Virus record (IMG/VR): IMGVR_UViG_3300036770_001537
Reading direction: 5' to 3' (one strand)
DNA length: 64,000 nucleotides
DNA from: a virus
Translations under genes and position numbers: made by a program
Part shown: positions 1-8,814 of the stretch, in pieces
How the letters are laid out: every line of letters begins with the position of its first letter
How positions within the stretch are numbered: position 1 is the first letter of the stretch
The notes under the pieces: model-generated
The model's input: only the letters and a program-made list of their open reading frames with translations
What the model was told of the DNA's origin: nothing
The model's database searches: none

Positions 1-113
1 ATCACACAACTACAGTATGGATCATCTTTATTCTCTGGTCCAACACAAGCACAAGGATAACTAGTTTGTAGATCAAGACTTTTAATAAAATCATCGAAAC
101 TTATTTTGCTCAT
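1..113 (-). CDS. partial small Cys-rich hypothetical protein (runs off window edge)
   Basis: ATG at 113 overlaps the upstream stop; reads MSKISFDDFIKSLDLQTSYPCACVGPENKDDPYCSCV... Confidence 0.55.
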   Translation of the reverse strand, partial: MSKISFDDFIKSLDLQTSYPCACVGPENKDDPYCSCV

Positions 114-367
114 TTATTAAATTCCTTCATAAATTCTGGAGTCATTAGTTCCAGTGCATTTTGATAGATAATGTCATCAAGAATGTGTGCTGAAACCAGT
201 CCTTCTTCGGTCATAAACTTGATATCAAGAAGCACTCTTTCCAATGCTCCACGAAGTCTACTGATTTCAGTAATGGCAGCAGTTGTACGATTCATTTCAG
301 TTGTCATACCTGCAATCTGGCAACACTCTGCATATTCACGAAGTTGTGTGACAATATCATTGGTCAT
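110..367 (-). CDS. hypothetical protein
   Basis: 85 aa ORF, tightly packed with overlapping start/stop in the minus-strand operon. Confidence 0.7.
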   Translation of the reverse strand: MTNDIVTQLREYAECCQIAGMTTEMNRTTAAITEISRLRGALERVLLDIKFMTEEGLVSAHILDDIIYQNALELMTPEFMKEFNK

Positions 368-617
368 TTGTTTGTCCCTTCAAATATTCTTTTGACATTT
401 GTTTTAGGGCATCAATCATCCCATCTCTAAATAGTTCTGTGTCCGAATACGACATTCCAATTGAGTATGCAGTTTCATTAATTGCACAATAAATAAAATC
501 TCTATATAAAGGAATGGTGTGAATTTCTTGATCTGGATCACCATATTCCTCGGCAATTTTTCTTGCCAAGGATACTAATTCTTTGTCTGTTAAAGCACTT
601 TCATACACGGAAGTCAT
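357..617 (-). CDS. hypothetical protein
   Basis: 86 aa ORF, operon packing, GGAG RBS. Confidence 0.7.
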   Translation of the reverse strand: MTSVYESALTDKELVSLARKIAEEYGDPDQEIHTIPLYRDFIYCAINETAYSIGMSYSDTELFRDGMIDALKQMSKEYLKGQTNDQ

Positions 618-994
618 TTGTTAATCTCCATCCGAATAGGTGCTTTTGGTGCAATAATTGTTTTACCATCACGCTCAATAGCAACTACTTCTGCAATTGG
701 TAGATAACGATCATTTACCTTCACCCAGCATCCTGTTGAGATGGAATGTGAGTGTTCTACATTCAACAGTTTGGCTTTATTGGCACAAGGAACACCACGA
801 TATGAACGACGGTCCTTTACATCACCTTGATAGATTCGTTTACATACAGAAAAGAATGCTTTTAATTGATCGTCATATGAAAGATTGTTCCAGAATTGAT
901 CACAGTCTGCCTCATATTCTCGTTCAAGTTGTTCTTGCATTTCAGAATGTTTTGATAGTGTCTCAAAAAGGTTGTTTGTGTCAGTCATTTTCAA
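614..994 (-). CDS. hypothetical protein, possibly a fusion of two phage genes
   Basis: 126 aa ORF; composition changes abruptly after SYRGV. Confidence 0.6.
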   Translation of the reverse strand: MKMTDTNNLFETLSKHSEMQEQLEREYEADCDQFWNNLSYDDQLKAFFSVCKRIYQGDVKDRRSYRGVPCANKAKLLNVEHSHSISTGCWVKVNDRYLPIAEVVAIERDGKTIIAPKAPIRMEINK

Positions 995-1986
995 GCCCTC
1001 ACGAATTTTCCGTTTTCATCTAGTTTATATGGTACATTTGGTTCAATGCCGTCTCCACCAACATAGGCAATTGATATTCGATATCTTTTGCCATCATGCC
1101 ATTTGATTGATAGTGTTGAATCATTGCCACCAGTTACAGTTGAATGATAACCACCAGTTACAATTGAATCAACACCACCAGTTACAGTTGAATGATAACC
1201 ACCAGTTACTGTTGAACTATAACCACCAGTTACAATTGAATCAACACCACCAGTTACTGTTGAATAATTACCACCAGTTACAGTTGAATGATAACCACCA
1301 GTTACAATTGAATCATTACCACCAGTTACAGTTGAACCATTACCACCAGTTACAGTTGAACCATGTTCACCAGTTACAGTTGAATCATTACCACCAGTTA
1401 CAGTTGAACCATTACCACCAGTTACAGTTGAATGATAACCACCAGTTACAATTGAATCAACACCACCAGTTACTGTTGAATAATTACCACCAGTTACAGT
1501 TGAATGATAACCACCAGTTACTGTTGAATAATTACCACCAGTTATAGTTGAATAATCACCACCAGTTACAGTTGAATAATCACCACCAGTTACAGTTGAA
1601 CCATAACCACCAGTTACAGTTGAATTATTGCCGCCAATAATAAAAGCACCAACAACTTTGGCTGGATTACATCCAGAAGCAATTAAGAAATCAGTAGCAC
1701 CTTTTCGATCACCAACAAATAATGTTTTGGCTTTTGAGGTTTTAATTTTTTTATTGATATCAACGATTGGACCTAATGCGTCACAAACCATCCATATAGC
1801 ACTTGAAGACCAATCAAGATACTCGCCATCGCCTTTACCATGAAGAAGGCCATGAAGTCCATTACCGCAATTTGGTTCTGGATTCCAATCAGGGGCTTCT
1901 GTAATTCCACCAATTTCTAGATTCCATTGGAATCCACCATAAGATGTGCCATCAGCATTACAAGTTCTCAAGAATAGATTATTCAT
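991..1986 (-). CDS. ice-nucleation-protein-like octapeptide-repeat protein (paralogue 1)
   Basis: Likely start MNNLFLRTC at 1986 (matches paralogue 2); 22 GGxxSTVT-type repeats; InaZ-like N- and C-terminal domains. Confidence 0.85.
   Translation of the reverse strand: MNNLFLRTCNADGTSYGGFQWNLEIGGITEAPDWNPEPNCGNGLHGLLHGKGDGEYLDWSSSAIWMVCDALGPIVDINKKIKTSKAKTLFVGDRKGATDFLIASGCNPAKVVGAFIIGGNNSTVTGGYGSTVTGGDYSTVTGGDYSTITGGNYSTVTGGYHSTVTGGNYSTVTGGVDSIVTGGYHSTVTGGNGSTVTGGNDSTVTGEHGSTVTGGNGSTVTGGNDSIVTGGYHSTVTGGNYSTVTGGVDSIVTGGYSSTVTGGYHSTVTGGVDSIVTGGYHSTVTGGNDSTLSIKWHDGKRYRISIAYVGGDGIEPNVPYKLDENGKFVRA
1107..1636 (-). repeat. 24-nt tandem repeat array (GGxxSTVT codons)
   Basis: accaccagttacagttgaa core recurring every 24 nt. 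Confidence 0.95.
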
Positions 1987-2254
1987 TTTGAAAATACCTT
2001 TCATATAGCCATCGAATGCCATGTAGATCAGGATGTTTGTGAATCCACATTCCTGTGTCTGGCTCAAACTGCTTCTTGAAGAACATATCAAGATTCTTGT
2101 GTCCTGTCAAGACAGATTTATCGATCTTCCGTGAGAGTGCATCATATTCAGCATCTGGTATGATTGAATGATCATGAAATTCATATGCGTATGCGAAAAT
2201 AGAGAGTCTGATTCGATTCCGCCTCTCTTGCTCAACCTTTGGATTTGATTTCAT
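1979..2254 (-). CDS. small protein resembling the N-terminal (Ia) domain of NAD+-dependent DNA ligase
   Basis: AYAYEFHDHSIIPDAEYDAL resembles the YYxxDxPxISDAEYDxL motif. Confidence 0.65.
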   Translation of the reverse strand: MKSNPKVEQERRNRIRLSIFAYAYEFHDHSIIPDAEYDALSRKIDKSVLTGHKNLDMFFKKQFEPDTGMWIHKHPDLHGIRWLYERYFQNE

Positions 2255-2594
2255 CGATGATTTCCTCCAGATTCTTTTTGAGATGGTGCAGATAATTCAT
2301 TCGATTTAGATTAGTTTCTTCCTCATATAATGCACCAATTTCTTCCAAAACTTGTTCGAGGATAAATACTTTGTCGATACTCTCTGTCTTTTTTGCACCT
2401 TTCTTCCATGCATACTGAATAGCTACCCAGTCATCAATGCAGTTTTGCTCGGTGATTGAGTAGTGACCTTCTCCATATTTCTTGATCATTTTAATATACC
2501 AGATACCCCAATAATAGTCAAGGATTTTTTTTCCTGTAATTTCCTCTATTTTGCCTAGGCTATCGTAACAATAAACTTGATCTTCATAGTTCAT
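2232..2594 (-). CDS. hypothetical protein
   Basis: 120 aa ORF in operon. Confidence 0.65.
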   Translation of the reverse strand: MNYEDQVYCYDSLGKIEEITGKKILDYYWGIWYIKMIKKYGEGHYSITEQNCIDDWVAIQYAWKKGAKKTESIDKVFILEQVLEEIGALYEEETNLNRMNYLHHLKKNLEEIIDEIKSKG

Positions 2595-2815
2595 TGCTTA
2601 TTCCTTTTGATTTCTTCATTGATAATCATCAACTCATCAGCAAGACCTTCATAAAACTTATGTCTCAAAAACTCATCAGGATTTTTCTTTTCTTGATATT
2701 CAAGACGTGCTTTACCGGAAGCACGTCGAACAGCAAGTTCTACATATTCAAGTTCAGTCATTCTCATCATCCTTCTTGTAAGGATCAAAGGCCCAATCAC
2801 CAGAGAAATACTCAT
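2591..2815 (-). CDS. hypothetical protein (true start probably MTELE, ~2761)
   Basis: ORF packing. Confidence 0.55.
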   Translation of the reverse strand: MSISLVIGPLILTRRMMRMTELEYVELAVRRASGKARLEYQEKKNPDEFLRHKFYEGLADELMIINEEIKRNKQ

Positions 2816-3011
2816 ATACGTGAGTCATACATTCTACATCTTTACGCCAGTTTTGTAAATCCTCTTTTTGAAAAGCCGCTAGATTATCTTTGGACTCATA
2901 GTCTTCAATGTCTCTCACAGTTGCTTCAATAATTTCTTTAAGACGGTGACTAATAATATTATCAAAGAAATCGGAGTGAAAAAAATCATTTAGTAGTTTA
3001 TTAGCGTCCAT
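2754..3011 (-). CDS. hypothetical protein
   Basis: 85 aa acidic ORF with GGAG RBS. Confidence 0.65.
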   Translation of the reverse strand: MDANKLLNDFFHSDFFDNIISHRLKEIIEATVRDIEDYESKDNLAAFQKEDLQNWRKDVECMTHVYEYFSGDWAFDPYKKDDEND

Positions 3012-3062
3012 TATAAAATCTCCCGATGGATTTCTCTTGAAGTGTCAATGCTGTTACAGTGA

Positions 3063-3431
3063 TCAGTCATTTTCTTTCCACTCTACCCATTTGCCATCAT
3101 CTTTGACTTCAATTCGAATGTTGTGTGGCTGCATCATTCGATCCACTTCTTCTTCGACTTCTTGAAGTTTACCAGTCTTTCTAGCAGCTTCAATTCTCAA
3201 CCACTTTTGCATTTCTGGTGAGTTGGCCATTCGAGTAAAGGCTGTTCTTTCATTGGCCAATTTCTCTCTGTGGTCTTGACAGTTTCCACGAGCACCAGAA
3301 GGAGGATGATGAACCCGAACACAGTTGCGATGTTTGTTTCTATGTTGTCCGCCAGCACCAGACCCAGAATAATAATCCCATTCAAAATCTTTTCGGGTCA
3401 ATGAAAAAATTATTTTATTATCATCAGTCAT
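3063..3431 (-). CDS. RF-1 domain (GGQ) peptidyl-tRNA hydrolase / release-factor-like protein
   Basis: SGSGAGGQHRNKHRNCVRVHHPPSG...CQDHREKLAN matches the class I RF domain 3 / ArfB signature. Confidence 0.85.
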   Translation of the reverse strand: MTDDNKIIFSLTRKDFEWDYYSGSGAGGQHRNKHRNCVRVHHPPSGARGNCQDHREKLANERTAFTRMANSPEMQKWLRIEAARKTGKLQEVEEEVDRMMQPHNIRIEVKDDGKWVEWKEND

Positions 3432-3434
3432 CGT

Positions 3435-3638
3435 TTATTTTCTTTCTCTTTTTTTCCTACAATTTATAAAATATAAAGCAGAACCATATGCAACAATGCC
3501 TGACATTACAGATATATTAATTGCAATGAACTTGGTCGGGGAAATATAAACACCAGCATACCAAACATTGATAGTATGAATTGTTAATGCACAAAAAAAG
3601 CAAATAAGTAATGAGATATAATCATCACGATTTAACAT
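3435..3638 (-). CDS. small membrane protein
   Basis: two hydrophobic segments and a basic tail. Confidence 0.6.
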   Translation of the reverse strand: MLNRDDYISLLICFFCALTIHTINVWYAGVYISPTKFIAINISVMSGIVAYGSALYFINCRKKRERK

Positions 3639-3639
3639 T

Positions 3640-3867
3640 TCATTGTTCCTCTTGATATAAAAGTCCGTGTTTCTTCATTAGCAATTTTGTATAAATGTCA
3701 AGACCAAAGAAAATTGTAAACAAACCCATCATTATAACAATATGAACAATTTCAATTTGTGGCAATTTATACAAATGATAAGCATTTGTAACATGACAGA
3801 GAAAAATACAAATATGATATAGAGTATAATACTTGAATGCTTCTAGTTTATACTCAGAATCAGTCAT
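3640..3867 (-). CDS. small membrane protein
   Basis: two hydrophobic segments. Confidence 0.6.
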   Translation of the reverse strand: MTDSEYKLEAFKYYTLYHICIFLCHVTNAYHLYKLPQIEIVHIVIMMGLFTIFFGLDIYTKLLMKKHGLLYQEEQ

Positions 3868-4123
3868 GTTTTACCTTATTCATCTTAGCTGCCTTGACCT
3901 TATTCATATCGAAAAACTGAAACCTTAGATGCTGTACTTCGCAGACAAACTTTCCATTACGATCATAGCAAGAAGGGCCATGTGAAACATCCAGGAAAGC
4001 AAAGCACTCTCCATTATGCCACAACTTCTTATATCCTGCAACATCTGTTTCAGTTATAGTTATGGCTCCTGTATCAACGTCGATAAAGTTGCCATCATCA
4101 TCAAATTCAATCGTGATCTTCAT
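3860..4123 (-). CDS. hypothetical protein
   Basis: 87 aa ORF with AAGGA RBS. Confidence 0.65.
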   Translation of the reverse strand: MKITIEFDDDGNFIDVDTGAITITETDVAGYKKLWHNGECFAFLDVSHGPSCYDRNGKFVCEVQHLRFQFFDMNKVKAAKMNKVKHD

Positions 4124-4134
4124 TTGTCAGTCCT

Positions 4135-4617
4135 TCAATGTCGAACAACAGATACGAGATCAAAGCCTTCTGCCTCAGTTGGCATTTGAAATGATTGTTT
4201 CATGGTTTCGAGAACATTGGTAGGAATTGTCTTTCCGGGTCTATCCAATCGTGTTTCCCAATCATCAGGAATATTAAACACAACTGCATGTTTGATATAA
4301 TGTTTCGGAATCGTTGCCAGTTTATTGGCACGAGACTTGACAGTAAGATTGGTTTGATCCCAAATAATCCTATCGTTTCGTTCAACAGCCAACCTTGCGA
4401 TATTAAACATCATCTTTTCTGAGAAAGAATATGTGTTATTACTGAACAATTCATTATATGTGAAATGATATTTTTTGCCAATCATTTCCATGATATCGTC
4501 GGAAGAAATCACGGTAAATTCTTGATCAATATTTAATTGATTACAAAAAGTAGATTTGCCTGTTCCGGGCAAACCTACCATCATATAAAACTCATTCCTT
4601 GTTTGTTGAACCGACAT
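4135..4617 (-). CDS. P-loop polynucleotide-kinase-like protein (AAA_33)
   Basis: MVGLPGTGKST Walker A, ISSDD, WDQTNLTVKSR; adjacent to RNA ligase. Confidence 0.85.
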   Translation of the reverse strand: MSVQQTRNEFYMMVGLPGTGKSTFCNQLNIDQEFTVISSDDIMEMIGKKYHFTYNELFSNNTYSFSEKMMFNIARLAVERNDRIIWDQTNLTVKSRANKLATIPKHYIKHAVVFNIPDDWETRLDRPGKTIPTNVLETMKQSFQMPTEAEGFDLVSVVRH

Positions 4618-5725
4618 TCCAAGTTGCTCCTATGTACGACCTGATTGAGTCTACTGTAGCCTGAGTCGATGTCTTTGTCAATATCTTTTTGATCCACTCG
4701 TCACGTAGTTTGGTTGTATCATCAAGGCACTTGAAAATAATCGAACGAGCAAACTCTGGAATAGATTCATTGACAATCGAAGCAATAGACTTTCGATCAT
4801 TGTCCAACCACTCCAAATAATCGATAAACTGCTTGCATTCTTTTACATGAGTATCAATAGAAGAAACCAAACACGTTTGATATTTCAATAGACGATCACG
4901 ATCCTTTTCTGGCAGATTTGGCAGAATGTCATCCAATTGTTCATTCAGAATCAACTTGATTACATTCTTTTCAAATAGAAGATTTTCCTTTGCTTTATGA
5001 ATGGCAATATACCAATCAGTCTTGATCTTGAGCATATGTCCATTTTCAAACAAAACAACCACGCCTTCAATATCAGTCTGTTCTTTTAGTTTAAATAATG
5101 TACCAGAATACTTTTGAACAACTGGAACATTCCAGAACTTGGCAGCCTCCACCAACTTGTCATAGGAAACATATTCGCCAGTCTTATTATGCCGAATGGC
5201 CAAAAGGATCAAGTTTTCTTCTTGGTATTCAATCACGATACGATTGGATGGTGCAATGTATTCAAAGATAGGAGTTAGATTAACTTCGTTCATTGAATAA
5301 GCAAACGAGCAATAATTCTGCTTATCTTTGACGAATTTCTCGCACTGCAAACCAACATCAGTGATTCCCATCTTGGTTCCCCAACGTATTTTTCCACTAA
5401 CAACGATTGGAGAAATCATTGAACCGTCCATCTTATGTAAAACCACATGAGGAATCCCCCAATCAATATTAAGATTGTTGGTTTCTTCACGTTCGTTTAG
5501 ATTAAAGAACTTATGAAAACGCCGTGAGAGCACTTCGCCAGTCTGGGCACAAAACACCAAACCACGAAGTTCTCGTCTCATATGACAATCAAAGGAATCT
5601 TCCTTGGATAGATTATAGTTGAAAATAATATGATCACCCCGATGTGCTTCCACAAATTCGGGACGATCCTTAATTGCTTCTCGTGCTTGTTCGATGTTCG
5701 TGATTATCGGAAATTGATAGTTCAT
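4592..5725 (-). CDS. rnlA: RNA ligase 1 (T4 RnlA-like)
   Basis: ELRGL, FHKFFNLNE, KMDGS (motif I), FEY, EGVV, KIKTDWY. Confidence 0.9.
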   Translation of the reverse strand: MNYQFPIITNIEQAREAIKDRPEFVEAHRGDHIIFNYNLSKEDSFDCHMRRELRGLVFCAQTGEVLSRRFHKFFNLNEREETNNLNIDWGIPHVVLHKMDGSMISPIVVSGKIRWGTKMGITDVGLQCEKFVKDKQNYCSFAYSMNEVNLTPIFEYIAPSNRIVIEYQEENLILLAIRHNKTGEYVSYDKLVEAAKFWNVPVVQKYSGTLFKLKEQTDIEGVVVLFENGHMLKIKTDWYIAIHKAKENLLFEKNVIKLILNEQLDDILPNLPEKDRDRLLKYQTCLVSSIDTHVKECKQFIDYLEWLDNDRKSIASIVNESIPEFARSIIFKCLDDTTKLRDEWIKKILTKTSTQATVDSIRSYIGATWNVGSTNKE

Positions 5726-5958
5726 TTTAGCCCCAATAAGATTTTGTCGCCTTCGGTTAGTTTATCCAGTGCTTCTTTTTTACGATGTTCTATTTCCTTT
5801 GATTGAAGTTCTTCCTCACTGTTTACATAATCAAAAGTCATAGATTTTACAGAATCAAACGGACGACTATGTTTCCAATAGAGTGCAAATTCCTGATCTT
5901 TGGTATGGTATACTCGACCTGAACCACAAAGTTCAATTTTGTAAATAACTTCGATCAT
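5722..5958 (-). CDS. hypothetical protein
   Basis: 78 aa ORF ending in a common phage C-terminal motif (ALDKLT...LLGL). Confidence 0.65.
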   Translation of the reverse strand: MIEVIYKIELCGSGRVYHTKDQEFALYWKHSRPFDSVKSMTFDYVNSEEELQSKEIEHRKKEALDKLTEGDKILLGLK

Positions 5959-6473
5959 TTTACCCTCGCAATGATATCTTCAATATGAACAGGTGTGTAG
6001 TTAGTATGCTCAACACACACATTTACCCACCTTGGATCACCAATCGTTTTATCATGAATATGTCCATGAAGATTGATTCCATTGTCACCTACTCTATACT
6101 GAAACGAGGAAAGATGCAAGGGAAAATGACACATCACGACTGGAACACGAAGTTTCTTCATCTCATGAAAAGACATTACCTTTTCAAAATTCTCAACATA
6201 ATCCTTGGCGTCATAGTCATGATTGCCAAGTATCAGCCTTTTCTTTCCATTAAGACGAGAAGCAAACTTGGCAATGTTCTGTTTTCCGCCAAAAGTGAAA
6301 TCTCCAAGATGGTAAATAATATCGTTTGGCTTAACTGTTTTATTCCAGTTGTCGATAATCCTTTCGTTCATTTCATCCAGATCATTAAATCCTGGACGAA
6401 TTTTGTTGCCGTTTTTATCGGTAAACACAAGAATATTCTTGTGAGAGAAATGCGTATCCGATATCACAAACAT
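5955..6473 (-). CDS. calcineurin-like metallophosphoesterase
   Basis: SDTHFSH, HLGD, LGNHD, HFP, HGHIH. Confidence 0.9.
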   Translation of the reverse strand: MFVISDTHFSHKNILVFTDKNGNKIRPGFNDLDEMNERIIDNWNKTVKPNDIIYHLGDFTFGGKQNIAKFASRLNGKKRLILGNHDYDAKDYVENFEKVMSFHEMKKLRVPVVMCHFPLHLSSFQYRVGDNGINLHGHIHDKTIGDPRWVNVCVEHTNYTPVHIEDIIARVK

Positions 6474-6826
6474 TAATCTGCTACCTTCCAAGAAACGTCA
6501 TAATAACATTCAATTCTCTCCCAGCCATCATGTTCTTCAATTCGATATAGAGTTCCTTTTGGAATATCCTCAACTTCTAATTTAGCACAGCTTCCGGATG
6601 ATTTTTTTGACCCCAAATATTCCACGACCTGAACTAGAATAGGATCATCTCTTTCGATATCTTTAATATACCCATAATCAAAAGGTACAATTTCTCCGTC
6701 TTTATAAGAATCCCCTTTGATACATGGGCCTCCCCAATTAGGATTATTTGAAAACGCTCGGCCTAAAAGAACGGCTTCACGAGACAGAGAAAAGCCACCA
6801 TAGCACTTGTTTAGTACGATTTTCAT
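6473..6826 (-). CDS. conserved phage hypothetical protein
   Basis: KIVLNKCYGGFSLS...RDDPILVQVVE...IEEHDGWE, a familiar phage family. Confidence 0.75.
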   Translation of the reverse strand: MKIVLNKCYGGFSLSREAVLLGRAFSNNPNWGGPCIKGDSYKDGEIVPFDYGYIKDIERDDPILVQVVEYLGSKKSSGSCAKLEVEDIPKGTLYRIEEHDGWERIECYYDVSWKVAD

Positions 6827-6829
6827 TTG

Positions 6830-7060
6830 TCAGTCCTCATAATTAGGAGTTGGGTAGAACGTCACTTCTTTCATCCTTACTTCTACCATAACCATACCAC
6901 ACTCGTCAATACATTTTCGGTGTTCCCATGCAGATTTTTCTGTTGGATATATTTCAACAACTGCTTTTCCAAGTTCAACATCAAAGTCGGTCATACACAT
7001 ATAACCAGTAAATGTTTTATACTTATCCATTATCCACAACTCCATGTATAACATATTCAA
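6830..7060 (-). CDS. hypothetical protein
   Basis: ORF in operon. Confidence 0.6.
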   Translation of the reverse strand: MNMLYMELWIMDKYKTFTGYMCMTDFDVELGKAVVEIYPTEKSAWEHRKCIDECGMVMVEVRMKEVTFYPTPNYED

Positions 7061-7319
7061 TATTTTCAGTTGTAGTATGAGTCACATTTTTATATTTTGT
7101 TATGACGACTTTAAGATCGAATATATTATGATTCTTTTTAAAATACTGTATCCATTTTTCAAGAGGGACTTCTATAGGAATCATCTTTCTCTGGAATTGT
7201 TCATCGACATGATGTTCATCATAAAATACTCTCAGTAATCCATAAGGTTTTTCAGAGTCTGTTCGTCCATACAATTCACATTTTCTATATTCATGTTCGT
7301 AACTAGATGAGCTATTCAT
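7023..7319 (-). CDS. hypothetical protein
   Basis: 98 aa ORF. Confidence 0.6.
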   Translation of the reverse strand: MNSSSSYEHEYRKCELYGRTDSEKPYGLLRVFYDEHHVDEQFQRKMIPIEVPLEKWIQYFKKNHNIFDLKVVITKYKNVTHTTTENIEYVIHGVVDNG

Positions 7320-7361
7320 AAAAATAATCCTTCAATAATAACAAAAATAATAGAATCATAA

Positions 7362-7398
7362 AAAAGAAAAAGACATAACCTTGTGGAGTTATGTCTTT
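7362..7398 (-). terminator. intrinsic terminator
   Basis: AAAGACATAAC..GTTATGTCTT hairpin followed by a U-tract on the minus strand. Confidence 0.6.
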
Positions 7399-7417
7399 CA
7401 GTTCTTTCAACATGCCT

Positions 7418-7912
7418 TTAATCGTGTTCAAATGAATTTACCTCGAATCCATCTTTAGTTGCAACAACATATGAATGGTCATCAAACATATGCAAATATA
7501 TTTCATCGTCAATTGAACAAAGAAACTTTTCGAAAGTTTTCATTGCTTCAAAATGTTCTGGAGTTACACCTTCTTTATATTGTGATTCATAATAGGATTG
7601 TTCTCCAGCAGCATATTCTTCGGCATATGAACCACCTTCGTCCATGAAGTCTTCGAGACCCTTTTGCGTCAAGAAATACTTTTCGCCAACTCCAAATTCA
7701 CAGGCTTCTCCATCATTAAAATAAGGAGTATATTGTTGCCATGTTACTGCTTTAATCGAAGGCACTTGTTCAAAAAATTGTTTAAACGCTTCGATAAAAA
7801 GTTTCTTTGATTTCTCTTGATACTCTTTCTTCAGTGTTTCGAATTGCTCGTTCATTTCTTGTTGGTGCTTTTGAATTTCCTTAAGATCAAACATTTTCTG
7901 TCTCCATTGCAA
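7418..7912 (-). CDS. conserved phage hypothetical protein
   Basis: WQQYTPYFNDGEAC motif, C-terminal EHD. Confidence 0.75.
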   Translation of the reverse strand: MQWRQKMFDLKEIQKHQQEMNEQFETLKKEYQEKSKKLFIEAFKQFFEQVPSIKAVTWQQYTPYFNDGEACEFGVGEKYFLTQKGLEDFMDEGGSYAEEYAAGEQSYYESQYKEGVTPEHFEAMKTFEKFLCSIDDEIYLHMFDDHSYVVATKDGFEVNSFEHD

Positions 7913-8261
7913 TGAATTTACGCTTCTCTCGTTCAGTCTTGTTTGCTGGACCGCCCATCCAACCTTGAATCTTCATGTTTCCAAGCCAATGCTCCACTGT
8001 AGGAATGAATCCCAAGTCTTCCATACAATGATCTTCGGCAATATCTCTGGTAGAATAATCCTTTCCATCAGAATTTGTACGAACATTTCCAAACATTTGT
8101 TGAACAATATAACAGCCAAAGGTTGAATGGAGAATTGCTCGATGTCTTACGTCACCAAGAGTTGCTTTGGACGAATCCATGAACTCATGGATATCCAAAT
8201 AGTCTTGATATTTTCCTCCGTACTTTCGTGCAGAGGACTTAGCATGAATAAAAGGTTTCAT
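7887..8261 (-). CDS. conserved hypothetical protein (DUF6915-like)
   Basis: HAKSSARKYGG..IHEFMDSSK..RHRAILH..AEDHCMEDLG. Confidence 0.75.
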   Translation of the reverse strand: MKPFIHAKSSARKYGGKYQDYLDIHEFMDSSKATLGDVRHRAILHSTFGCYIVQQMFGNVRTNSDGKDYSTRDIAEDHCMEDLGFIPTVEHWLGNMKIQGWMGGPANKTEREKRKFIAMETENV

Positions 8262-8404
8262 TCAACAATCTCCGAATAGACGATCTGAACCACTTTAGCA
8301 TACCGGAAGTTTCTTGGTTCTTGAAACAAGATGATTGCTCTTGTTATATCATAACCAAGCAGATAGTTGTCATCGTGTTCATAGCATAGCCAAGCAAGTT
8401 TCAT
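8258..8404 (-). CDS. small hypothetical protein (48 aa, not in ORF track)
   Basis: MKLAWLCYEHDDNYLLGYDITRAIILFQEPRNFRYAKVVQIVYSEIVE fills the gap with overlapping stop/start. Confidence 0.55.
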   Translation of the reverse strand: MKLAWLCYEHDDNYLLGYDITRAIILFQEPRNFRYAKVVQIVYSEIVE

Positions 8405-8407
8405 TTG

Positions 8408-8764
8408 TCAAGCCTTCACGAACTTTGCTTCACGATCAAGTTTATACATCACATTAGGTTCAATACCGTCTTCACCAACATATGCGATAGCAATTCGATC
8501 TCTTTTACCATCAAAATAATCGATAGTCAAAACAGAATCAATTCCACCAGATACCATCGAACCATAACCACCAGATACGAACGAACGATCACCACCAACA
8601 AGAACTGATCCACGACCACCAGTTATGTTCGATAGATATCCGCTTTCGATAATTGAATTATTTCCACCAACAATAGTCGTATGTGAATCGCCTTCATAGG
8701 TTTGACCTTCACCAAAAGCAACAAATTCACCATCTCGAATGTTGATCATAAATTCCATAGCCAT
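8408..8764 (-). CDS. short ice-nucleation-protein-like paralogue 3 (lacks the N-domain)
   Basis: about 6 degenerate GGxxSxxx repeats plus C-domain DGKRDRIAIAYVGEDGIEPNVMYKLD; start 8764 or 8758 after own promoter and RBS. Confidence 0.8.
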   Translation of the reverse strand: MAMEFMINIRDGEFVAFGEGQTYEGDSHTTIVGGNNSIIESGYLSNITGGRGSVLVGGDRSFVSGGYGSMVSGGIDSVLTIDYFDGKRDRIAIAYVGEDGIEPNVMYKLDREAKFVKA

Positions 8765-8785
8765 GCCCTTTCCCGATTCTGTAGT

Positions 8786-8814
8786 ATTATAGCACATGAT
8801 ATTGGGGATGTCAA
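8786..8814 (-). promoter_or_regulatory. sigma70-type early promoter
   Basis: TTGACA-17-TATAAT followed by ACTACAGAAT, shared with the next two promoters. Confidence 0.8.

Noticed and set aside
1107-1547. Plus-strand Gln/His/Asn-rich ORFs (also 11695-12075)
   Set aside because: Antisense shadows of the 24-nt GGxxSTVT repeats; no RBS or independent support.
1107-1636. Regular repeats as a CRISPR array or DGR template/variable pair
   Set aside because: The period is 24 nt, in frame, with only ~6 variable nt that recur; no cas or reverse transcriptase gene in the window.
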